A stretch of DNA of 35,357 nt from an archaeon (GTDB lineage: Archaea > Micrarchaeota > Micrarchaeia > Anstonellales > Bilamarchaeaceae): the NCBI GenBank assembly GCA_020052735.1, contig JAGVON010000076.1:1-35357 (forward strand). Reading direction: 5' to 3'. The translations under genes and the position numbers were made by a program. A model generated the notes under the pieces. It was not told the origin of the DNA, made no database searches, and worked only from the letters and a program-made list of their open reading frames with translations. Positions 8,047-16,302 of this stretch are shown here, piece after piece; positions within the stretch are counted from its first letter, which is position 1; every line of letters starts with the position of its first letter.

Positions 8047-8642
8047 TTCGCTACCTCCACGAAAACCTTTCCAGCGACCGTCCTGCCCAGGGCGAGGGTT
8101 GTGCCCCTGACGGATATTTTAACCGGGCCGCGGAATGGGGCGGCCTTTATCAGCGTTACGGCGGTCCCCTCGGTCAGGCCCATGTCCGCGAGCCTCTGGG
8201 ATGCCTTTGCGCCTGCCTCTATCCTTCTGACACTCCCTTTCCCGCCGGTGCGGAGGGACGTGAGAGGCACGAAGCCCGCGTCCAGCACGGCCTTCCGCAG
8301 GCGCCTCTCCACCTCGTCGGAAACCGCGTGCTCAAGGACGCATGCCTCGTCGTGCAGCTTGTCCTTCCTTATGCCTATGGTTTCAAGGAAGCGCTCTATG
8401 ACGCGGTGCCTGCGGAGGACGCGGCCGCCCTCCTTCCTCCCTTTTTCCGTAAGCTCTATCTTTCCGTACCGCTCGTATCCAAGGAAGCCGGAGGAGGCGA
8501 GCTTGCGCAGCATCTCGCTCACGCTCGCGGGGGAGATTTTGAGCATGGATGAGAGCTCTTTTACGGTTGGTTCCCTCTTTGCCTCGGTTATCCTCGCGAG
8601 CGCCTCAAGGTATTCCTCAACGCTTGCCCTGCCTTCGTGCAT
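8043..8642 (-). CDS. DtxR/MntR-family metal-dependent repressor with C-terminal FeoA domain
   Basis: EEYL, wHTH (SPASVSEMLRKL), metal ligands RRHRVIERFL and HDEACVLEH, FeoA RLADMGL...APFRGP...LALGR. Overlaps the feoB start (GTGA). Confidence 0.92.
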   Translation of the reverse strand: MHEGRASVEEYLEALARITEAKREPTVKELSSMLKISPASVSEMLRKLASSGFLGYERYGKIELTEKGRKEGGRVLRRHRVIERFLETIGIRKDKLHDEACVLEHAVSDEVERRLRKAVLDAGFVPLTSLRTGGKGSVRRIEAGAKASQRLADMGLTEGTAVTLIKAAPFRGPVKISVRGTTLALGRTVAGKVFVEVAK

Positions 8643-8665
8643 GTTAAGTTAGGTAATCCTAACAT
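8641..8665. promoter_or_regulatory. DtxR-type operator between TATA box and start codon
   Basis: ATGTTAAGTTAGGTAATCCTAACAT is an imperfect palindrome resembling the DtxR/IdeR box (TTAGGTTAG-N-CTAACCTAA). It is flanked by the TATA-like TTTTATAAA at 8665-8673. Confidence 0.7.
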
Positions 8666-8738
8666 TTTATAAATGGGTTCCAGTCCCTCTAGGGTTTGGG
8701 CTGGAGGCGGGCGGAAACCGTTGCTGAAAACCGGATTT

Positions 8739-9716
8739 CTATTTCCTTAATTTCCTGCCCTGTTTTATGATTTCTTCGGCCAGAAACAGGGTGAATGGCT
8801 TTAGGTCCCCCTTGTTGCCAGCCGCCTGCGTGCGCATGTATGCACTCCTCCTGGCGAAGGGGATGTTCGTGAAGGGGAATCCATCCGACTGTAGGATGTA
8901 GTTCATAAGAAGGCGGGCCATCCTGCCGTTCCCGTCCGCGAAAGGGTGTATCGTTGTAAATTTGGTGTGGAATTTTGCTGCCAGTTCTACGGGATGAATC
9001 AGTCCTCTATTTTTGCCATGCCATCCAAGCAGTCCTTCCATCAGGGCCGGCACTTCAGAATGGTGGGGGAACCTGTGGTCCGAACCGCGAATCATCACAT
9101 TTACGGGCCTCCAGATTCCACGGTATTTCTCATAACCATTTATACTGGAAAGAAGGGCGAAATGAAGCTGAAGGATCATCCTGATGGAAAGAGCCCTTTC
9201 GCACTTCAAATAACCTTCATATGTGTCAAGGCATTTGTTTAGGTTGAGCGCTTCCTGTTCCTCCCTTCCGGAACCCGTTATGGCAAAACCCCTCCCAGCA
9301 AAATGCCCAGTCCGTTTCTGGCCGGATATCGCCTTCTCGGTCAGGTCATAGTCCAGCGGCGAGCCTTCTATGGCGTTTGAATCGGTGATGAACGTAATCC
9401 TCTCTCTCCTGATGAATTCAGCCCTCTTTCCAGGCGGAAGCAAACCAAGAAAACCCGCCTTTTTTCTGGCGGCCTGTTCCAGTTTTATGGCCTTGTTTCT
9501 TGTTATGAATTCGGTCAGGGGAGGCGTAAGCCCCTGGATGCCCTTCTTTTTCAGGTTGGCAGAAAATTCAGAATAGATATCCGCCAGCCTGGCCAGCTCA
9601 GGCATCTGATGGCCGAGGTAAAGGCTTTCCTTGACCCATTTGCCCCCCCGTTTCACGGATTCTTCCAAATAGAAGTATGTTCTCCCTTTCACTTTGCGCC
9701 TTGCTATTACGGACAT
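8739..9716 (-). CDS. Fic-domain protein (class II, with internal inhibitory helix)
   Basis: Canonical HPFADGNGRMAR, N-terminal SNAIEG inhibitory motif, and an extra N-terminal basic beta-rich domain (KGRTYFYLEES...YLG). Start at ATG 9716 or GTG 9728. Confidence 0.92.
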   Translation of the reverse strand: MSVIARRKVKGRTYFYLEESVKRGGKWVKESLYLGHQMPELARLADIYSEFSANLKKKGIQGLTPPLTEFITRNKAIKLEQAARKKAGFLGLLPPGKRAEFIRRERITFITDSNAIEGSPLDYDLTEKAISGQKRTGHFAGRGFAITGSGREEQEALNLNKCLDTYEGYLKCERALSIRMILQLHFALLSSINGYEKYRGIWRPVNVMIRGSDHRFPHHSEVPALMEGLLGWHGKNRGLIHPVELAAKFHTKFTTIHPFADGNGRMARLLMNYILQSDGFPFTNIPFARRSAYMRTQAAGNKGDLKPFTLFLAEEIIKQGRKLRK

Positions 9717-9719
9717 GGT

Positions 9720-9772
9720 GGTTATCACTGAAATAAGGCATATATACCTTTCGGTGATAAGCCGGTTATCAC
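9720..9772. promoter_or_regulatory. Inverted-repeat operator array around the fic TATA box
   Basis: TTATCACTGAAA and TTTCGGTGATAA form an 11/12 inverted pair enclosing TATATA. A third copy GGTTATCAC is at 9764. Confidence 0.6.
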
Positions 9773-9811
9773 GGATTTATTGTGGCCATATAAACCAATG
9801 ATAACTTCAAT

Positions 9812-10507
9812 TCATGATTTGTTCTGGAGATGGGCGGAAACTATCTTGGCCACACCCCTAACCCCGTCCCATTCCTTTTCCCATTTATCTATCATTATTT
9901 TCTTTTTGAAGAAGGGGGCGTCCGTGACAAAGGTCTCTCCTTCCCCGCCCTCAAAGAAGGGATGGATGCGGGGCTTCTTCTGTATCTGGAACTTTGTTCC
10001 GAGCAGTTCGGGGCCCAGGCCTTCCGCGGATACGGCTATTATGTATGTTTCAAAATACTGCAAAACCTCGGAATACATCGGCTCATTCTTCCTCCAGAGC
10101 GGGGAATAGGTTGGGATTCCAAGGGATTCGCCGATTGCATCTATCCTCTGTTTTTGGTAATCGCTGTCTATCGCCCCGGCAAATATGCCATCTATGTGCA
10201 GCTCGGAAAGAGCATTCTCCAATGCATCAAGTTCTTCCAAACCAAAAGCCCGCTCATCCTGCCCACTTTTGCTCTGGGCATTTGGTTTGTCCTGCCCCTC
10301 GTTCGGCTTAACGAAAATCTGGGGCAAATCCATCGCCTCCGCTTGTAGCTTCGTCCATTCCACGTTCGGATGGTGGAACATGAGGGAATAGGGCGCAGGC
10401 TTCATGGTTACAAGGATTGGGCTCCACGCCCGCTCCAACGCACTAAATACGGAAAAGCAGGAATCCTTTCCCCCGGAGAAAAGGCACGCCACCTGCACCT
10501 TATCCAC
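9812..10507 (-). CDS. Diphthine--ammonia ligase family PP-loop ATPase (DUF71/Dph6)
   Basis: LFSGGKDS, SLMFH, AGAIDSDYQKQRI, SPLW and EGGEGETFVTDAPFF. Confidence 0.9.
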   Translation of the reverse strand: MDKVQVACLFSGGKDSCFSVFSALERAWSPILVTMKPAPYSLMFHHPNVEWTKLQAEAMDLPQIFVKPNEGQDKPNAQSKSGQDERAFGLEELDALENALSELHIDGIFAGAIDSDYQKQRIDAIGESLGIPTYSPLWRKNEPMYSEVLQYFETYIIAVSAEGLGPELLGTKFQIQKKPRIHPFFEGGEGETFVTDAPFFKKKIMIDKWEKEWDGVRGVAKIVSAHLQNKS

Positions 10508-11234
10508 CGAAAGTGAGCTTTATCCAGAGCATGAAGAGGAGCCCGAGGATGAATGTGAGGAAGGTGAGGATTTTCGCAACGCCCTTGGATTTGTGGATTT
10601 CCGGGATGAGGTCAGCCCCGGCTATGTAGATGAAGCCGCCAGCCGCTATGGGGAGCAGCATGGATGCGAACTGCTCAGAGGATTCCGCAAGAAGGAAGCC
10701 GAGAAGCGCGCCGATTATGACCGTGGACTGGGCGAGGAAGGAATAGAGGAGCGCCTTCTGCTTTGTGAATCCTCCATGGAAAAGGACGCCGAAAATCCCC
10801 AATTGCTGCGGGAACTCGTGCCCCATTATTACGAGCGAGGTGGCGATTCCGAGCGGTATGCTGGCGATGAAAGCAGCGGCCATCACGAAGCCGTCAATCA
10901 TGTTGTGGATTGCATCCCCGAAAATCATGGTGTAGGTGAAGGGGTGGATGTCGCAGTCCTCGCAGTGGTGCCAGTGGAAATAGCCCTCTATCGCGAGGAA
11001 GGAGACGAAGCCGCCCACTATGAGGAAGGACATGTCCATGGGGGCGAAGAATTCCGATGCCTCGGGTATGAGGTGGAAGAACGCGCCGCCTATGAGGGCC
11101 CCGCCCGCGAACGCGGTGAGGTAGAATGCGAGCTTCTTCACCATGTCTTCCCTTAGGTAGAAGGAGAAGAGCCCTGCAAACCCCAGGAGCGCGTCAAGCA
11201 AAGCGGCGCCCAATATCCAGAAGAACAATTCCAT
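10500..11234 (-). CDS. ZIP-family divalent metal transporter
   Basis: Eight-TM pattern with FFHLIPE, loop HWHHCEDCDIH, TM4 GDAIHNMIDG, TM5 HEFPQQ, and GGFIYIA..DLIPE. Start moved to ATG 11234. Confidence 0.92.
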   Translation of the reverse strand: MELFFWILGAALLDALLGFAGLFSFYLREDMVKKLAFYLTAFAGGALIGGAFFHLIPEASEFFAPMDMSFLIVGGFVSFLAIEGYFHWHHCEDCDIHPFTYTMIFGDAIHNMIDGFVMAAAFIASIPLGIATSLVIMGHEFPQQLGIFGVLFHGGFTKQKALLYSFLAQSTVIIGALLGFLLAESSEQFASMLLPIAAGGFIYIAGADLIPEIHKSKGVAKILTFLTFILGLLFMLWIKLTFGG

Positions 11235-11302
11235 GTTATCGGCTTTTGATGGGGCGGGAATGTTTTTTAACGTTTTGGGATGCAATAGGGTACGGGATTT
11301 GA

Positions 11303-12202
11303 ATGAAAGGATTAATTCTGGCTATGGCCTTGCTTGCGGTTTCGTTCGCCTGGGTGAACCCCGGGCAGGCGAAGCTGCTCCAGGCCGAATACGAGTATGT
11401 GGCGTGCAACGCGCAGTTCGCACATGATTATGTGGAGATGAAGGACAACTGCGCGCTTGTGCACGAGGTGCCCGTGATGGATTCTTCGGAATACCTCTCG
11501 GACATTGACGATGCGCTCGCGGATGCGCAGGAGGCCCTTGGGGACGAGGACAGCGTGAAGTACGGCGCCTCAATGTGGACCGCGAGGACCGAGATGCTCG
11601 CGCTGACGCTTGCCACGGTCGGGGACGCGTTCCAGAACAAGAGCTTCGCGTTCTTCGGCTGCGTGGACGCGGGGGACGAGCCGCTGAAGGAGGATTTGGA
11701 GACGTGCAGGGCGGCCGCGTTTGATACCGGGAAGGAAGGTGCGCACGAGTACCTTGCCGCGGAGATAGAACAGGGGGAGGTTGAGGCCGCACAGATGAGC
11801 GAGCTTGGCGCGAACGTGGTCGGGATGGAGCGCATCCTGGATTACGCAGACGAGCTGGATGGGGACATAGACGGTGCGTTTGACTCGCACGATACGGCGC
11901 AGATAACGAAGCTTTACCAGAGGAACAACAGGTTAATCCTCCTGTTCCGGCTGGAGAAGATGATCTCAACGATTGATTTCGCCGAGCCGATAATAGAGGC
12001 GGGCAACAACAGGGAGAAGGAAGAATTGCTTGAGGAGATGGCGGACCTGCGCGGGGACACCGCGGAGCTGGTGGATGAGTGCGAATATTCCGCGGACGTG
12101 GGTTCCGGGTACGCGCTCAAGAACGGCGAATGCTGGAGCGATGCGTTCGCATTGATGGCGAGGTTCAATTCGCTGCAGGCGCTCTATTGGGCGGGGAGGT
12201 AG
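11303..12202 (+). CDS. Secreted acidic, probably all-helical hypothetical protein
   Basis: Signal peptide MKGLILAMALLAVSFA, D/E-rich, 6 Cys, no C-terminal anchor. Confidence 0.75.
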   Translation: MKGLILAMALLAVSFAWVNPGQAKLLQAEYEYVACNAQFAHDYVEMKDNCALVHEVPVMDSSEYLSDIDDALADAQEALGDEDSVKYGASMWTARTEMLALTLATVGDAFQNKSFAFFGCVDAGDEPLKEDLETCRAAAFDTGKEGAHEYLAAEIEQGEVEAAQMSELGANVVGMERILDYADELDGDIDGAFDSHDTAQITKLYQRNNRLILLFRLEKMISTIDFAEPIIEAGNNREKEELLEEMADLRGDTAELVDECEYSADVGSGYALKNGECWSDAFALMARFNSLQALYWAGR

Positions 12203-12565
12203 ATGCAAATGGATAACAAATTGTTGATAATCGGGTTGCTGGCGTTTTCCCTCGTATTGTTCGGGTGCGCCAAGGGAGGGAGCACCACCGCGCCCTCATC
12301 CGGGGCTTCGGTAGGGGCAGGGGCGCCTTCAAGCGCTCCTTCAGGGCAGGTGGAACCCTCTGGGGAAACCGAGGGCGCCGGAACCACGGAGCCTGAAGCG
12401 GGCGGGGAGGGGCAACAGGCGCCTCCTGAAACGCAAACCGGCGGGGAAGTGGAGCCGGCCCCTGAAAACAATTCAGAGGAGGACATCGGCGGGCTCTTCA
12501 ACATAGACACGGTGCAGCCGGAATCCGGGAGCGGATACGACGTGCCCGCGGCAGGGGAGGAGTAA
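12203..12565 (+). CDS. Low-complexity lipoprotein
   Basis: Lipobox LVLFGC, then a G/S/P/E/T-rich disordered region. ATG directly follows the upstream TAG. Confidence 0.75.
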   Translation: MQMDNKLLIIGLLAFSLVLFGCAKGGSTTAPSSGASVGAGAPSSAPSGQVEPSGETEGAGTTEPEAGGEGQQAPPETQTGGEVEPAPENNSEEDIGGLFNIDTVQPESGSGYDVPAAGEE

Positions 12566-12603
12566 TCCTCCCATCCTTTATTTTTTTATGGTGATGATGG
12601 ATT

Positions 12604-12900
12604 ATGGCGTATGAGAAATTCTGCAAGGATGAGCTTATCCTCAGGGACGAGCTTGCGATTGAACGCACCAAACTTGCTGAGGAGAGGACTTATCTTGCAT
12701 ATATCCGGACCGGGATGACCGTCTCAATGGGCGGGATATTCTTCGTTGGGTATTTCCGGGAAGGGATTTTTTCCTATATTGGGTACGCGGCCGCCATCCT
12801 CGGGGTGGTTTTCTTCACATATGGGTTCTACAAGCACAAGAAGACTGTGAGCCTGATACGAAGCATAGCCGAATGCCTGCACCTGGCAAAGAAGAAATAG
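12604..12900 (+). CDS. DUF202 (YidH-like) small membrane protein
   Basis: LRDELAIERTKLAEERTYLAYIRT followed by two TM helices. Confidence 0.85.
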   Translation: MAYEKFCKDELILRDELAIERTKLAEERTYLAYIRTGMTVSMGGIFFVGYFREGIFSYIGYAAAILGVVFFTYGFYKHKKTVSLIRSIAECLHLAKKK

Positions 12901-12913
12901 CTGCTTTAGTTTT

Positions 12914-13312
12914 TCATTTTCTATTTTTCAGTTTTTCATTCTCTATCTTCATGCAGTGGTCCATGATTACTTCCAATCCTGCTTTCCTTGCTTTTGCCGC
13001 CGCTTCTTCGTTGATTATGCCTAATTGCATCCAGATGACTTTTGCGCCTACTCTGATGGCTTCATCCACTATGGGCGGGACTTCCGCGGAGGGGCGGAAG
13101 ATGTCCACTATTTCCGGTTTTTTGGGAAGCTCGGAGAGGGATTTGTAGCATTTGCGTTCGCCGATTTGGTCGGCGAATGGATTGACTGGATATGCCTCAA
13201 ATCCATGCGCAAGTAAGTACTCAAAAACCATCCGGCTGTCCTTGGAGGGGTCGCGGGAGACGCCGACAACTGCGACTATTTTGAATTTCCTGAGGAGTTG
13301 CGGGATTTCCAT
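12914..13312 (-). CDS. CoA-binding protein (YccU / CoA_binding_2 family)
   Basis: IVAVVGVSRDPSKDS, YPVNP, VDIFRPS, IWMQLG and MDHC. The true start MEIPQ at 13312 overlaps the HEPN stop (TAATG). Confidence 0.9.
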   Translation of the reverse strand: MEIPQLLRKFKIVAVVGVSRDPSKDSRMVFEYLLAHGFEAYPVNPFADQIGERKCYKSLSELPKKPEIVDIFRPSAEVPPIVDEAIRVGAKVIWMQLGIINEEAAAKARKAGLEVIMDHCMKIENEKLKNRK

Positions 13313-13737
13313 TAAATCGCCTTCCTTAATCTCTTCATCCGTTCCACAAACTCCTCCGCTATTGAGCAGATGTCCTTGGCGGTGCTCTCGGAATAATCGT
13401 AATTGTAGTCCGCCGCCTGCCTTGCGCTCATGCATGCCTTGAAATCCGAGACATAACGGCTTTCCAGCTTGCCCTTCTTGGATAAAAAATCCAGGAATTC
13501 TCCCACTGCAAAATGGGTTTTCTCCCTGAAGCCCATGAGGAACATTATGCCTTTTGCGGAATGGAAAACAGAATAATATGCCTTTACTATTGCCCACTTG
13601 TAGTCCTTTTCGTGAAGGGCGGTTTCAGCGCTTTCCAAATCGTAATCCGCCTCGTGGAATTCCTTTTCCGCAAGGTCCTGGGCAGGCTGGATTTTCTGTA
13701 TGTAATTCGCCTTTACAAGCTCCTCAAGGTCCATCAC
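13312..13737 (-). CDS. HEPN-domain protein (UPF0332-like)
   Basis: AIVKAYYSVFHSAK, KTH and RQAADY. Directly downstream of an MNT gene. Confidence 0.85.
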   Translation of the reverse strand: MMDLEELVKANYIQKIQPAQDLAEKEFHEADYDLESAETALHEKDYKWAIVKAYYSVFHSAKGIMFLMGFREKTHFAVGEFLDFLSKKGKLESRYVSDFKACMSARQAADYNYDYSESTAKDICSIAEEFVERMKRLRKAI

Positions 13738-14261
13738 ATCAGCCTTATGCGGTCCTTCTCCACCCGCTCATAAAAAGCTTTGTCCTTGCGGGAAAAGGAA
13801 GAATATTCAAGGAAAGTGAAATAGACCGGAGCTAACTTATCCAGCTTGCCCAGTTTGCCAAGAACGTCTGCCCGGTTTAGATTTCCAACGAGCAGGAGGT
13901 CTATGTCGCTCTCTTCGGTATCTTCGCCTCGTGCACAGGAACCATAAAGGTAGGCTTCTATGCCAGTACCCTTCAGCTTTTCCAGAAGCGGCAGGATTTT
14001 GTCCAAAGTAAGCAGGATTTTGAGCTGGCAAATAATAGGGTTGCTGCGGACAAGCGAGTATTGTTTTGTCCGGCCAACTTCTTCCATCTCGAGCATGCCT
14101 GCCTGAAGAAGCTCGCGGAGGCCGTCCAGAATGCCTTTCCGGTAAATCTTCAGCTCCTTGTCAAGCAGCCCAGCATGAATCTTCTTAGTAGGATGCTGCA
14201 AAAAATAATCCAGGAGTGCAGACGTGTTCCATCTTTTCAATAGTTCTATTGAACGAACCAT
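13734..14261 (-). CDS. wHTH + minimal nucleotidyltransferase (MNT antitoxin)
   Basis: N-terminal wHTH and YLYGSCARGEDTEESDIDLL (GSX10DXD). Start at ATG 14261 or GTG 14270. Confidence 0.88.
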   Translation of the reverse strand: MVRSIELLKRWNTSALLDYFLQHPTKKIHAGLLDKELKIYRKGILDGLRELLQAGMLEMEEVGRTKQYSLVRSNPIICQLKILLTLDKILPLLEKLKGTGIEAYLYGSCARGEDTEESDIDLLLVGNLNRADVLGKLGKLDKLAPVYFTFLEYSSFSRKDKAFYERVEKDRIRLM

Positions 14262-14325
14262 ATGGTTCACATTTAGATACTAATGGTTCTATTTAAAATA
14301 CTATATGGTTCGTTGAAAGATACTA
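14249..14325. promoter_or_regulatory. Operator-like palindrome and repeats at the MNT-HEPN promoter
   Basis: Perfect palindrome GAACCATATGGTTC (14255-14268). ATGGTTC recurs at 14283 and 14305, and ATACTA recurs about every 21-22 bp, around TTTAAA. Confidence 0.6.
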
Positions 14326-14341
14326 TCCAAAGAACATCGTC

Positions 14342-14665
14342 TTGCTCGGGAAAACCACATCTTCCGTCATGAGGGCGGATTCCGTATATTGGATGAGTTT
14401 TGGGAATTGTGCGCTTGGGGGAAACTGTGCATCTGAGCTGATGGTATTCCTTGATGACGTGCAACGGTCAGGTTTTGTAAAACTGATAAACTTCATCCCA
14501 TTCAGCTGCAGAATTCATGGTGAAAATGCCGCAGAAATAGCCGGAACGGTATTGAGGTGGGGCAGGAATATGGGGATAACGAACATCTTTCTGGATGGAA
14601 TAGAGATTCCTGTGGGGGCGGATACGGAAACGATAGAGTTCCGCATAGACGTGTCTACCCACTGA
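14342..14665 (+). CDS. Small hypothetical protein (start may be ATG 14369)
   Basis: Longest ORF in the gap before purH. No recognisable motif. Confidence 0.4.
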   Translation: MLGKTTSSVMRADSVYWMSFGNCALGGNCASELMVFLDDVQRSGFVKLINFIPFSCRIHGENAAEIAGTVLRWGRNMGITNIFLDGIEIPVGADTETIEFRIDVSTH

Positions 14666-14729
14666 TTTTTCTCCAGGCGGTGCGTTTCCTTTTTAATTAC
14701 ATTCATTTTAGAAGTATTAACTGTTTCTT

Positions 14730-16283
14730 ATGGTCCAGGTAAAGCGAGCCCTGCTCAGCGTCTTTGAGAAGGAAGGGATTGTTGAACTGGCGAAATTCCT
14801 GCATGGGCGCGGGGTGGAAATCATTTCCAGCGGCGGGACCGCGAAGGCGCTCTCAGAGGCAGGAATACCCGTGGTGGAAGTATCTACTCTTACCGGTTTT
14901 CCTGAGATGATGGGGGGAAGGGTGAAGACGCTCCATCCGAAGATTCATGGCGGCATCCTTGCTGACAGGAGGAAGAAGGAACACCTTGCAGAGGCGAAGA
15001 AGCTCGGGATCGGGCTGATAGACCTGGTTGTGGTCAATCTTTATCCATTTGAGAAGGTGGTGGCCAAGGGCGCGCCCCACGATGAGATTATTGAGATGAT
15101 TGATATAGGCGGGCCTGCTCTTGTGCGGGCTGCGGCAAAGAATTACAAGAGCGTTGCGGTCGTGGTGAGCCCAAAGAGATATGCGGGCATAATGGAAGAG
15201 ATGAAGAAGGACGGGAAGATTAGCGAGAAGATGCGGGAGGAGCTCGCGCTTGAGGCGTTTGAGCGCATTTCCCATTATGATATTGTAATAGAGGGGTACA
15301 TGCGGAAGGCATTCGGGCTGGGAGGGGATTTCCCGGAAGTGCTCAACCTCTCGCTGAACAAGATACAGGATTTGAGGTATGGGGAGAACCCGCACCAGCA
15401 GGCGGCGTTCTACAAGGACCCTAAATTCTTCCAGCCATGCGTGGCGAGCTCGGAGCAGCTGCAGGGGAAAACCCTTTCCTACAATAATATACTGGACACT
15501 AATTCCGCATTTGAACTGGTGAAGGAATTTGAGGAGCCCACCGCCGTGGTTGTGAAGCACAATAATCCTTGTGGGGTTGCTTCGCACGAGGATATCGCGG
15601 AAGCATATAGGATTGCGAAATCCGTGGACCCGGAAGCGGCCTTCGGGGGCGTGATTGCGGTCAATACGGAAGTTACCCTGAAATTGGCTAAGGAGGTGAT
15701 GAGCACTTTTGTAGAAGTTATTGTTGCGCCTTCCTACTCCAAAGAAGCGCTCGCGGAATTCAAGGGGAAGAAGAATTTGCGCGTGATGGAAGTGAAAGAT
15801 GGGAATGTGAAGAGGCAGCCGTACAGGGAATACCGTTCCGTGGTTGGCGGGCTGCTGGTGCAGGATGCGAACGTTAAATTGCTGGAGGGCGAGCCCAAGA
15901 TTGTTACGAAGAGGGCGCCCACCCCTGTGGAGAGGGAATCCCTTTATTATGCGTGGAAGATTGCGAAGTATGTGAAATCCAATGCAATAGTATATGCACG
16001 GGGAAAACGCGCCGTGGGGATTGGGGCAGGGCAGATGAAGAGGATTGATGCCGCTAAATTGGCGGCGATGAATGCTAAATCGTTTGGGGAGGATTTGAAG
16101 GGTGTGGCGATGGCCAGCGATGCCTTCTTCCCTTTCAGGGACGGGATAGATTATGCCGCTTCCCTAGGGGTTACGGCGATTATACAGCCGGGCGGCTCAA
16201 TCAAGGACGCAGAAGTGATTAAGGCGGCGGACGAGCATAACATTGCCATGCTCTTCACCGGGGTTAGGCATTTCAGGCACTAA
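14730..16283 (+). CDS. purH: Bifunctional AICAR transformylase / IMP cyclohydrolase
   Basis: RALLSV, SSGGTA, GRVKTLHPKIHGGIL, IDIGGP, LRYGENPHQ, LSYNN, KHNNPCG, SDAFFPF and GVRHFRH. Confidence 0.97.
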   Translation: MVQVKRALLSVFEKEGIVELAKFLHGRGVEIISSGGTAKALSEAGIPVVEVSTLTGFPEMMGGRVKTLHPKIHGGILADRRKKEHLAEAKKLGIGLIDLVVVNLYPFEKVVAKGAPHDEIIEMIDIGGPALVRAAAKNYKSVAVVVSPKRYAGIMEEMKKDGKISEKMREELALEAFERISHYDIVIEGYMRKAFGLGGDFPEVLNLSLNKIQDLRYGENPHQQAAFYKDPKFFQPCVASSEQLQGKTLSYNNILDTNSAFELVKEFEEPTAVVVKHNNPCGVASHEDIAEAYRIAKSVDPEAAFGGVIAVNTEVTLKLAKEVMSTFVEVIVAPSYSKEALAEFKGKKNLRVMEVKDGNVKRQPYREYRSVVGGLLVQDANVKLLEGEPKIVTKRAPTPVERESLYYAWKIAKYVKSNAIVYARGKRAVGIGAGQMKRIDAAKLAAMNAKSFGEDLKGVAMASDAFFPFRDGIDYAASLGVTAIIQPGGSIKDAEVIKAADEHNIAMLFTGVRHFRH

Positions 16284-16302
16284 TTCATTTTGGTGAAAGC
16301 CG

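Noticed and set aside
8678-8706. Hairpin TCCAGTCC...GGGCTGGA between fic and dtxR
   Set aside because: Short, imperfect, GC-rich and without a clear U-tract; could be chance.
13313-13597. N-terminal extension of the CoA-binding ORF (12914..13597)
   Set aside because: It overlaps HEPN in another frame; the real start is 13312.
14249-14325. Mini-CRISPR array
   Set aside because: Repeats are short, degenerate and adjacent with no spacers, and there are no cas genes. They fit an operator better.
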